Positions 18,954 through 26,849 of a stretch of DNA of 42,661 nucleotides are shown here, in pieces (within the stretch, counting starts at the first letter, position 1; every line of letters begins with the position of its first letter). The position numbers and the translations under genes were made by a program. The notes beneath the pieces were generated by a model. That model saw only the letters and a list, made by a program, of their open reading frames with translations, did no database searches and had not been told where the DNA came from. This stretch comes from an uncultured Hippea sp. (GTDB lineage: Bacteria; Campylobacterota_A; Desulfurellia; Desulfurellales; Hippeaceae). The stretch is taken from the NCBI GenBank assembly GCA_964442345.1, contig CAYTZD010000002.1, positions 2,771-45,431 on the forward strand, written 5' to 3'.

Positions 18954-18981
18954 TTGATTTTTCTCTTTTTCTTTTTATAAT
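18954..18981 (+). promoter_or_regulatory. Probable sigma70 promoter for aroK-GT-thi4
   Basis: TTGATT-N16-TATAAT, 22 nt before the aroK GTG. Confidence 0.55.
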
Positions 18982-19003
18982 TGAGATAGAAGAAAGAAGG
19001 AGA

Positions 19004-19498
19004 GTGGCGGTGAATATCTCTTTAATTGGTCTTCCATCGTCTGGCAAAAGCAGCGTGGGTGTAATCCTGGCAAAGATTATGGCTTTTGAATTTATAGACA
19101 CAGATATATTAATTCAAACAAAACAGAACAGGACACTTCAAAGCATAGTTGACGAATTTGGATATATAAAACTTAGAGAGATAGAAGAAGATGTCGTTTT
19201 ATCACTGAATTGTGATAACTGCGTCATAGCAACGGGTGGAAGCGTGGTTTATTCCAAGAAAGCTATGGAACACTTGCGCGATATATCAACCATTGTCTAT
19301 CTAAAGATAAGCTTTGATGAGATGATAAAGCGATTAGGCGATTATTCAAAAAGGGGGCTTGCAAAACCAAAAAATCAAACATTAAACGAACTTTACAACG
19401 AGAGAGTGGCACTTTATGAAAAATACGCCCATTTTACTGTGGTTAACGACAAATCTGCAACCGATGCAGCCATAAAAATTTACGAGCTTCTAAAATGA
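19004..19498 (+). CDS. aroK: Shikimate kinase
   Basis: GLPSSGKS, FIDTD, VIATGG, ER..LY; GTG start. Confidence 0.9.
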   Translation: MAVNISLIGLPSSGKSSVGVILAKIMAFEFIDTDILIQTKQNRTLQSIVDEFGYIKLREIEEDVVLSLNCDNCVIATGGSVVYSKKAMEHLRDISTIVYLKISFDEMIKRLGDYSKRGLAKPKNQTLNELYNERVALYEKYAHFTVVNDKSATDAAIKIYELLK

Positions 19499-21039
19499 TA
19501 CTAAAAAAACAGATCGTTGCCTTTTTAATTGGACTATACATATTTGCTGCACTTTTCAATCTTGGCAGGATGTACTTCCAACACGAAGAGCCAAGAAGAG
19601 CCATAATCGCCTTAGAAATGAACTATACCCACAACTATATTGTTCCACATGTGCTTGGTAGGGATTACTTTAAAAAACCGCCGCTTCACAATATAGTAAT
19701 CGCCATATTTTTTAAGATATTTGGAGAAAACGAATTTGCAGCACGACTTGTATCTATTCTTTCAATGTTTGGAATAGCGTTTTTGATATATCTTGTATCT
19801 AAGGAGATTATTGGTTTTGAAGCGTCTGTTTTTGCGGCATTCTCATTTGCCTTATCCGGCATAGCATATTTTCAATACGGAAGACTGGCAGAAACCGATA
19901 TGTTTTTCTCTTTTCTCTTATTCGCATCTATGGTTTGTGTATTTAAAGATAGGATAATCTTAGGAAGCTTCTTTACTGCTTTAGCTTTGCTTACGAAAGG
20001 ATTCCCTGCTATTCACTATTTCTATCTTACACTGTTTTTTTATCTGGTTATCAATAAACAAATCAAAAGAGTATTCTCAAAAGAAGTTTTCATCGGTGGC
20101 TTTTTGATTGTTTTTCTATTTGTGGGATGGCTTATGCTTGTCTCAAAGGGTGATATACATAGGTTTAACTATGCTTTGGGTTTTCTTATTCATGCAAGTG
20201 GCAATAGGGTTTTAAGTATCGTTAATATCGGCAAGGCAATCATTCATCTTTTTAAATTTCCCATCTCGTTTTTTATTCATTTTCTTCCCTTTTCTTTATT
20301 TTTACTATTCTTTATAAGCAAAACATTCAGAGAAGATTTCAATGAACTTTTAAAAAGTAATGCAAAGATAAGAGATTTATTTAACTTTTTTATTGCCGCC
20401 TTTGTGCCAAATTTTTTGATTTATGCAGTTGTGCCTGTGGGAAGGGTGCGGTATGCACTTGTCTTATTTGCCGTCCTTTCGTTTCTTATTGGCATCATCT
20501 ATTATCAGCTTGAATACGACAATGTCTTCAACTTTAAAAAGCTTTTCTCTGTTCTGTTTGGCTTGGCTATTGCTCTTTCTATATCTGGTTTTGTTTTTAA
20601 TATCAGCTTTGCTAAATCTGGCTGGTTTATACCCAATCTTTTGAGTTTTTTGGTTGCTATAGGTGGCTTTTTGTTTACAAAAAAGGCATTTGAGAACTGC
20701 TGTGCTGATTTAACAGTTGCGATTGTTTTACTTGTTGTCTCTTTTAAATTCCTATACGATGCTACATATATCAATTACCTTTATACATATTACACAAACT
20801 ACAGAGAAAAAGGCAGACAGGCAGCAGAAATTATTTTGCAACACCATCCAAATTATGTTATGAGTAATGGTGGTAATTTGAGATTCTTTTTTTATTTGGA
20901 AAGGGATTTGGGTATGCAGATTCATCCCATAAGAAGCAATAAAAACGGCATAGTCGTATCAAAAAGCGACAATATACTTAAAAAGGTTTTTGCCAAGATA
21001 GAATTACCAGATCACATCTATTACATAGGAGAAAAATAA
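19495..21039 (+). CDS. ArnT/PMT-2 family polytopic membrane glycosyltransferase (GT83/GT39-like)
   Basis: EEPRRA.IA.EM, YFKKPPL, ARL.S, LTKG, about 13 TM segments. Confidence 0.85.
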   Translation: MILKKQIVAFLIGLYIFAALFNLGRMYFQHEEPRRAIIALEMNYTHNYIVPHVLGRDYFKKPPLHNIVIAIFFKIFGENEFAARLVSILSMFGIAFLIYLVSKEIIGFEASVFAAFSFALSGIAYFQYGRLAETDMFFSFLLFASMVCVFKDRIILGSFFTALALLTKGFPAIHYFYLTLFFYLVINKQIKRVFSKEVFIGGFLIVFLFVGWLMLVSKGDIHRFNYALGFLIHASGNRVLSIVNIGKAIIHLFKFPISFFIHFLPFSLFLLFFISKTFREDFNELLKSNAKIRDLFNFFIAAFVPNFLIYAVVPVGRVRYALVLFAVLSFLIGIIYYQLEYDNVFNFKKLFSVLFGLAIALSISGFVFNISFAKSGWFIPNLLSFLVAIGGFLFTKKAFENCCADLTVAIVLLVVSFKFLYDATYINYLYTYYTNYREKGRQAAEIILQHHPNYVMSNGGNLRFFFYLERDLGMQIHPIRSNKNGIVVSKSDNILKKVFAKIELPDHIYYIGEK

Positions 21040-21058
21040 AGAAGGAGGGTTTATAACA

Positions 21059-21850
21059 ATGAACAATCTTGACGAAAGGATAATCTCAAAGGCTATAGTT
21101 GAGCGCTATATGAATAAGTTGCTCGATTATTTGCAGTGCGATGTTGCAATTGTTGGTGCTGGACCTGCTGGTCTTGTTTGTGGATATTACCTTGCAAAAA
21201 ATGATGTAAAGGTTGCTATTTTCGATAAAAGGCTTACCGTCGGTGGTGGTATGTGGGGCGGTGCCATGTTCTTCAACGAAATTGTTGTTCAGGACATAGG
21301 TAAAGCAATCCTTGATGAGTTTGATATACATTACGAAAAATACCAGGATGGTTATTACACCGCAGATGCAGTTGAAGCAACAACAACGCTTATCTCAAAA
21401 ACCGTAAAGGCTGGTGCAAAAATATTCAACGCTATAGAAGTTGAAGATGTTGTATTTAAGAAAATTGACGGAGAATACAGGGTAAATGGCCTTGTTGTCG
21501 GCTGGACAACAATGTATATGGCGCACCTGCTGGTTGACCCACTTGTTATAACAAGCAGGTATGTTGTCGATGCAACAGGCCACGATGCCGATGTTGCATC
21601 TGTCCTAACCAAAAAAGGTGGCGTAAAACTCAACACAGAATCCGGAGAAGTTGCAGGAGAAAAACCGATGTGGGCTGAAGTAGGCGAACAATCAACCATA
21701 GAACAGACAAAGGAAGTCTATCCTGGACTTGTAGTTGCTGGTATGGCTGCTGTTGCAGTTAGCAGATCCCACAGAATGGGTCCTGTATTTGGCGGCATGC
21801 TCAATTCTGGCAAAAAGGCAGCAGAGATAATACTTGAAGGTCTAAAATAG
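21059..21850 (+). CDS. thi4: Thi4-family (non-Cys, sulfide-dependent) adenosine-diphosphate thiazole synthase
   Basis: GAGPAGL, GGGMWGGAM, VDPL, DATGHDA, RMGPVFGGM; no Cys at the sulfur-donor position. Confidence 0.93.
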   Translation: MNNLDERIISKAIVERYMNKLLDYLQCDVAIVGAGPAGLVCGYYLAKNDVKVAIFDKRLTVGGGMWGGAMFFNEIVVQDIGKAILDEFDIHYEKYQDGYYTADAVEATTTLISKTVKAGAKIFNAIEVEDVVFKKIDGEYRVNGLVVGWTTMYMAHLLVDPLVITSRYVVDATGHDADVASVLTKKGGVKLNTESGEVAGEKPMWAEVGEQSTIEQTKEVYPGLVVAGMAAVAVSRSHRMGPVFGGMLNSGKKAAEIILEGLK

Positions 21851-21907
21851 GTTGACTTTTCAGCTTTGCGGTTTAAATTTCAAATAAAGAGAGAAAGGGG
21901 GTGAATA

Positions 21908-22219
21908 ATGAATATAAACACTTCTTTAAGCGGTATAAAGAATGCGTTTTACAGACAGGATGTAACGGCAAATAATGTTGCAAATATCAATACAAAGAAT
22001 TACAAGCAGATTAATGTAATAAACGAAGAAGCCAAAAATGGTGGCGTTATTGCAAAAACAGAAGTCTCCAAAGCTAAGCCAAACAGAAACGGAAATAATG
22101 TAAACTTGGTTGATCAGATGGTTAACCAGATAAATAATCCAAACTATGAAAAAGCCAATATCAATGTTTTAAGATCCCAAAATGAGATGATAGGCAGCTT
22201 GATAGACTTGAAAGCTTAA
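21908..22219 (+). CDS. Short flagellar basal-body rod/hook family protein (FlgC-like N- and C-terminal motifs only)
   Basis: SLSG...ANNVANINT N-terminal signature; NVNLVDQM...EMIGSLIDLKA C-terminal signature; 103 aa. Confidence 0.8.
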   Translation: MNINTSLSGIKNAFYRQDVTANNVANINTKNYKQINVINEEAKNGGVIAKTEVSKAKPNRNGNNVNLVDQMVNQINNPNYEKANINVLRSQNEMIGSLIDLKA

Positions 22220-22235
22220 AAAATTAAGGGTTATT

Positions 22236-22271
22236 AAAAAAATTAGGGTGGCTTTGTGCCACCCTTTTTTT
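22236..22271. terminator. Intrinsic terminator, likely bidirectional
   Basis: AGGGTGGC-tttgt-GCCACCCT (22245-22265) with a T tract after and an A7 tract before; lies between convergent genes. Confidence 0.85.
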
Positions 22272-22273
22272 AT

Positions 22274-22657
22274 TTACTTTTTCTCCCACAAGCCGTGTAG
22301 GTTGCAGTATTCTCTTGCTGATACTTCCTTACCTTCTGGCACTTCAAATACTGCTTCTGGTGCATCGCCAGGTTTTAGGAATTTTCTGTAAACAACGCCA
22401 TCAACGATAAGCTCAATCCATTCAATGTAGTGGTTTTCTTCCATCGGGTGAGCTGTATTCTCGCCAACCTTCACAATGTAGGCGTTACCTTCTCTTTTAA
22501 TGAATGGCACATGCTTCTCTGTTGATGAATCAGCTGTTTTCTCTTCTAATAGCTTCATCGGCTGGCCGCAGCATACCAAAGCATCTGCACCTTCATGTAA
22601 TACTTCAACAATGTTTCCACAAGTCTCACACTTGTAAACCTGCAATCTCTTAGTCAT
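22274..22657 (-). CDS. dfx: Desulfoferrodoxin / 2Fe superoxide reductase
   Basis: YKCETCGN...CCGQPM desulforedoxin centre; EKHVP, HPM...[14 protein letters not shown]. Confidence 0.97.
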   Translation of the reverse strand: MTKRLQVYKCETCGNIVEVLHEGADALVCCGQPMKLLEEKTADSSTEKHVPFIKREGNAYIVKVGENTAHPMEENHYIEWIELIVDGVVYRKFLKPGDAPEAVFEVPEGKEVSAREYCNLHGLWEKK

Positions 22658-22680
22658 TTCGACACCTCCCTTAAAGTTTT

Positions 22681-22848
22681 TTATTCTTCAGTGTACTCTT
22701 CGAAGTCTTTTTTAGATACACCACAGATTGGACAAGCCCAATCATCGTGTATCTCTTCAAATGGTGTCCCAGGAGCTATTCCGCTGTCTGGGTCGCCTTC
22801 TTCTGGGTCGTAGATGTATCCACAAACCGTGCATCGATACTTTTTCAT
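22681..22848 (-). CDS. rd: Rubredoxin (55 aa)
   Basis: [15 protein letters not shown]...WACPICG; true start at ATG 22848, overlapping the bcp stop (ATGA). Confidence 0.96.
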   Translation of the reverse strand: MKKYRCTVCGYIYDPEEGDPDSGIAPGTPFEEIHDDWACPICGVSKKDFEEYTEE

Positions 22849-23318
22849 GAATCCCCCTTTTCTTGTAACTCTTTTAGACTGACAAGCACATTTTCCACAT
22901 GATCTTTGACCCTTACATTCTTCCATGCTTTTCTGATTATGCCGTCTGGGTCTATAATGAATGTGCTTCTTATCGTGCCATAATATTCTTTACCGTAATT
23001 CTTTTTCAGCCCCCATGCTCCATAAGACTCTAAAACTTTATGCTCTTCATCACTTAGAAGCAAAATCTTAAGGTTGTGCTTTTCTATGAACTTTGCATGC
23101 GATTTTGGTGAATCTTTGCTTATACCTATTATAACAGCGTTTAGTTTTTCAAACTCTTCCTTCTTTTCGCTAAATCCAACGGCTTCTTTTGTGCAACCTG
23201 ATGTGTTGTCTTTTGGGTAAAAATACAGCACAACCCACTTGCCTTTATAATCTTTAAGACAATGTTGCTTTAAGTCTTTATCTGGCAAACAAAATTCAGG
23301 TGCTTTCTTGCCTATCAT
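22845..23318 (-). CDS. bcp: BCP/PrxQ peroxiredoxin
   Basis: [29 protein letters not shown]; no Cys at +5 from the peroxidatic Cys. Confidence 0.93.
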   Translation of the reverse strand: MIGKKAPEFCLPDKDLKQHCLKDYKGKWVVLYFYPKDNTSGCTKEAVGFSEKKEEFEKLNAVIIGISKDSPKSHAKFIEKHNLKILLLSDEEHKVLESYGAWGLKKNYGKEYYGTIRSTFIIDPDGIIRKAWKNVRVKDHVENVLVSLKELQEKGDS

Positions 23319-24499
23319 TTTACTATTCCTGCTTCCTTGTGTTTTTGATAGATTGTTTCTGCAAGCTCATCCAGCTTTGCTAAATCCTTATCCTTTGCTT
23401 CACCCTTTATGAATACAGGTTCAAGCAGATCAACTTTCAGGTTTGATAGATTTGCCTTTATCACATCAACGGCTTTACCACCCCAGCTGAATGAGCCTAT
23501 AATACCTGCAAACTTCGCTTTTGGCCTTAAAGCATTTACAAGATATGCGCCATAAACGGCATTTGGGTGAGCACCAGCCAACACCATAGGTGTTGCTACT
23601 ATAATCGTTGCCACATCAACTAAATCCATTGCTATCTCACCGACATCGCCTGTTGTTAGATTTCTTATTTTTACATCAACACCCTTTCTAACAAGTGCAT
23701 CTGCAAGGTATTCAACCATCTTTTTGGTGCTTTCATGCATTGAGACAAATGCAATCAGAACCATATTCTGTGGCGTTGGGTCAATCCATTCTTTGTATGC
23801 GTTTATAATGTATTCTGGGTTATCAAATGCAGGTCCATGACTTGGTGCTATAATGTTTATCTCTTTTGCTTCAACCTTCTTGATATTCTTTTCGATAAAA
23901 TTCCTAAACGGCATCATAATCTCGGCATAATACCTTTTTGCTTCGTGATAAACCTTGTCATAATACCTTGCAAATGTGTAGGATGTTGCCACATGAGAGC
24001 CAAAGAAATCACAGCTAAACAGAATCTTATCTTCGACTAAATATGTGCTCATCGTCTCTGGCCAGTGAACCCACGGAGTAAAGATAAATTCAAGCGTTTT
24101 ACCGCCCAAATCTATCGTATCACCTTCTTTTATCACCTGAAACTTCTCTTCTGGGATATGAAGCAGATCCATCTCAAAACCCTTACACTTCTCGTTTGTT
24201 ATCACAACTGCTTCTGGGAACATCTCAAGAAGCATTGGTATGCTACCTGAATGATCCTGTTCTGCATGATTTGAGATGATGTAGTCTATCTTCTTTACAT
24301 TCAGTTCTTCCAAGTTTCTTTTTAGCTCGTCAAACTTATAAGGCTCAACCGTGTCAATTAAAGCCGTTTTCTCTTTCCCAAATACGATGTAAGCGTTATA
24401 GCTTGTTCCCTGCGGTGTTGGCACTATCTCATCGAATAGCGTCCTGTCCCAGTCAATTGCACCGACATTGTAAACATCTTCTGTGAGTTTTTTGATCAT
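23315..24499 (-). CDS. fprA: Class A flavodiiron protein (rubredoxin:oxygen/NO oxidoreductase)
   Basis: GTSYNAY, NHAEQDHSG, PWVHWPETM, FSCDFFG, APSHG, flavodoxin domain with GSFSWGG. Confidence 0.95.
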   Translation of the reverse strand: MIKKLTEDVYNVGAIDWDRTLFDEIVPTPQGTSYNAYIVFGKEKTALIDTVEPYKFDELKRNLEELNVKKIDYIISNHAEQDHSGSIPMLLEMFPEAVVITNEKCKGFEMDLLHIPEEKFQVIKEGDTIDLGGKTLEFIFTPWVHWPETMSTYLVEDKILFSCDFFGSHVATSYTFARYYDKVYHEAKRYYAEIMMPFRNFIEKNIKKVEAKEINIIAPSHGPAFDNPEYIINAYKEWIDPTPQNMVLIAFVSMHESTKKMVEYLADALVRKGVDVKIRNLTTGDVGEIAMDLVDVATIIVATPMVLAGAHPNAVYGAYLVNALRPKAKFAGIIGSFSWGGKAVDVIKANLSNLKVDLLEPVFIKGEAKDKDLAKLDELAETIYQKHKEAGIVK

Positions 24500-24515
24500 C
24501 CTTCTATACCTCCAT

Positions 24516-25166
24516 TTATTTAAATATTCTTCCTGTTTCTATGTGCCATAAAACAAAATCAAGGTGCGACAGTGGCATATCTATATCCCTTGCAAACAAT
24601 TCCATTTTATTTTCTATCTCTTCATATCTCTTTGGAGTAAGACTTTTAGGTATTGCATCGATTATTCCCAATTCCTTTAAAGCCCTTAATATATGCCTAT
24701 CTAAAATACTTAGATTTTCACCTTTACCTATGTTTCTCAAAAAATGGCTTGCTTCTTTCATCCCTAAACCCTTAACACTCTTCACAAACCACCTTCTGGC
24801 TTCCTTTTCGTCATTAAACTGCTCAATTATCTCCTTTAAAACAATACGCCCATTTTTTACAAATTTTTCTTGCGCTTCGAGAATGTATTTTGTTTTGTTA
24901 AATCGAAATCTTACTCTCTTTAACTCTTCTTTTAATATACTCTCAGGTGTCTTTAATATCAAGTTCTCTTTCTCTAAATCCCTTATTATTTGCCATGCAT
25001 TTTCTGCCTTTGATTGTGGTGTAAGAAGGCAAAACAGAAGTTCTTTGAATATCTCGTAATCCCCCTGTTTGTAGTTGTTTTTTAGCTCATTTAATCTTGT
25101 TTCTATCTCTCTTTTTATTTCTTTATATCTTTGCTTTACTTCTTTTTGCGAGATCTTCTTCTCCAT
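24516..25166 (-). CDS. ogg: 8-oxoguanine DNA glycosylase/AP lyase, Ogg2 (archaeal/Thermotoga type)
   Basis: ELLFCLLTPQS, VKGLGMKEASHFLRN, ILDRHI, C-terminal Lys. Confidence 0.92.
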   Translation of the reverse strand: MEKKISQKEVKQRYKEIKREIETRLNELKNNYKQGDYEIFKELLFCLLTPQSKAENAWQIIRDLEKENLILKTPESILKEELKRVRFRFNKTKYILEAQEKFVKNGRIVLKEIIEQFNDEKEARRWFVKSVKGLGMKEASHFLRNIGKGENLSILDRHILRALKELGIIDAIPKSLTPKRYEEIENKMELFARDIDMPLSHLDFVLWHIETGRIFK

Positions 25167-25204
25167 TGCATCTCCTTAAAGATAAAAATTATTACTTGCA
25201 AAGA

Positions 25205-25232
25205 ATTATACATAAAAAGAATAGGATGTCAA
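25205..25232 (-). promoter_or_regulatory. Consensus sigma70 promoter for ogg-fprA-bcp-rd-dfx
   Basis: Minus strand TTGACA(25232-25227)-N16-TATAAT(25210-25205); both hexamers are perfect. Confidence 0.78.
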
Positions 25233-25281
25233 GAGATTTCTTACAAAAAAGTGCGTTATATTTCATACCTTAATCAAAAAT

Positions 25282-25309
25282 TTGAAAAGATTAAAATTTC
25301 TGATAATAT
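25282..25309 (+). promoter_or_regulatory. Probable promoter for trpB2
   Basis: TTGAAA-N16-TAATAT with a TGn extension; overlapped by the palindrome GATAATATTATC (25302-25313). Confidence 0.45.
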
Positions 25310-25344
25310 TATCTGACTTTTTATTAGGTAGGTAGGAGGAGAAG

Positions 25345-26694
25345 ATGGAAAGAAAGATACTTTTATCAGAAGATGAGATGCCACGATACTGGTACAACAT
25401 CTTGCCAGAATTACCAACACCGTTAAAACAACCTTTAAATCCAAGAACTAAAGAGCCTTTAAAACCCGAAGATTTAAAACCCATATTCCCGAATGCAATA
25501 ATAGAACAGGAGATGAGTCCAAAAAGTGAAATACCAATACCAGATAAAGTGCTTGAAATTTACTCTATCTGGAGACCAACACCACTTGTAAGAGCATACA
25601 ACCTTGAAAAAGCCTTAGGAACACCAGCCAAAATATATTACAAGAATGAATCTGTATCTCCTGCAGGCAGTCATAAACCAAACACGGCTATTGCTCAAGC
25701 ATATTATAATAAAATGGAAGGTATAACAACGCTTACCACAGAAACAGGTGCAGGTCAGTGGGGCAGTGCGCTTGCTTTAGCTGGTGCTCTTTTAGGCTTG
25801 AATGTAAGGGTGTATATGGTTAAGGTAAGTTATGAACAGAAACCATTTAGAAAATCCTTAATACACCTATGGGGCGCTGAAGTTTATCCATCTCCAAGCG
25901 ACAAAACAGAAACAGGAAGAAAGGCATTAGCCGAAGACCCTAACAACCCAGGTAGTCTTGGTCTTGCCATTAGTGAAGCTGTGGAAGATGCCGTAACCCA
26001 CGACAATACAAATTACACATTGGGTAGCGTTCTAAATCATGTGCTTTTGCATCAGACAATTATAGGTTTGGAAGCTAAAAAACAGTTTGACAAGATTGGA
26101 GATTATCCGGATGTTGTGCTTGCACCCTGTGGTGGCGGAAGCAATCTTGGTGGTATAGGCTTGCCATTTATAAGAGATAAAATTAATGGTAAAGATGTTA
26201 GGGTGGTTGCTGTTGAACCTGCAAGCTGTCCAACACTAACAAAGGGTATCTTTACCTATGATTACGCTGATGTTGCGCAGATGACACCACTGCTTTATAT
26301 GTACACGCTTGGCCATAAGTTTATGCCACCAAAGATTCACGCTGGTGGATTAAGGTATCATGGTGATTCTCCAATCTTAAGTCAGCTAAGAAAGGACGGC
26401 CTGCTGGATGCTGTTGCCTATAAACAGAAAGAGGTATTTGAAGCTGGAGTCCTTTTTGCAAAGACTGAAGGCATTATCCCTGCACCTGAGACCTGCCATG
26501 CGATTAAAGGCGCTATCGATGAAGCACTAAAAGCTAAAGAAGAAGGCAAAGAAAAGACAATCTTATTCTGCTTCTCGGGTCATGGCCATTTTGATATGAC
26601 AAGCTACGATATGTTCTTAAATGGCGAAATGGAAGATTACGAATTGCCGGAAGATGAAATCAAAAAATCATTGGGTGATCTGTCTATTAAATAA
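25345..26694 (+). CDS. trpB2: Stand-alone tryptophan synthase beta chain 2 (TrpB2)
   Basis: [21 protein letters not shown] (PLP Lys), [30 protein letters not shown]; 449 aa; no adjacent trpA. Confidence 0.95.
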   Translation: MERKILLSEDEMPRYWYNILPELPTPLKQPLNPRTKEPLKPEDLKPIFPNAIIEQEMSPKSEIPIPDKVLEIYSIWRPTPLVRAYNLEKALGTPAKIYYKNESVSPAGSHKPNTAIAQAYYNKMEGITTLTTETGAGQWGSALALAGALLGLNVRVYMVKVSYEQKPFRKSLIHLWGAEVYPSPSDKTETGRKALAEDPNNPGSLGLAISEAVEDAVTHDNTNYTLGSVLNHVLLHQTIIGLEAKKQFDKIGDYPDVVLAPCGGGSNLGGIGLPFIRDKINGKDVRVVAVEPASCPTLTKGIFTYDYADVAQMTPLLYMYTLGHKFMPPKIHAGGLRYHGDSPILSQLRKDGLLDAVAYKQKEVFEAGVLFAKTEGIIPAPETCHAIKGAIDEALKAKEEGKEKTILFCFSGHGHFDMTSYDMFLNGEMEDYELPEDEIKKSLGDLSIK

Positions 26695-26749
26695 CATTGT
26701 AATAATAATAAGATTATTATTTAAGTGTTAACTTTTGACTTTGACGAAC

Positions 26750-26778
26750 TTGACTTTAAAATAAGAGTTTTGTATAAA
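26750..26778 (+). promoter_or_regulatory. Probable sigma70 promoter of the Mo-enzyme operon
   Basis: TTGACT-N17-TATAAA; preceded by two more TTGAC copies and a 9-3-9 dyad. Confidence 0.55.
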
Positions 26779-26849
26779 CTGAAGGATTTGAGAAAGAAGA
26801 AAAAACTAAAAAATAGGACAAAATCTTAAGCCAAGGGCGGAGGTTGGTT

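Noticed and set aside
21040-21058. TPP riboswitch before thi4 (likewise a guanidine riboswitch before the SMR gene)
   Set aside because: Intergenic gaps are only 19 and 14 bp, and no aptamer motif is recognisable.
22745-22752. His instead of the usual Pro in rubredoxin (EEIHDDW)
   Set aside because: Single substitution away from the Cys ligands; could be neutral or a sequencing error.
22849-22926. Cys-rich N-terminal extension of rubredoxin in the ORF track
   Set aside because: Lies out of frame inside bcp; the canonical MKKY start at 22848 has an RBS and an ATGA overlap.
24541-25059. 172-aa plus-strand ORF
   Set aside because: Antisense shadow of ogg with no recognisable motif.
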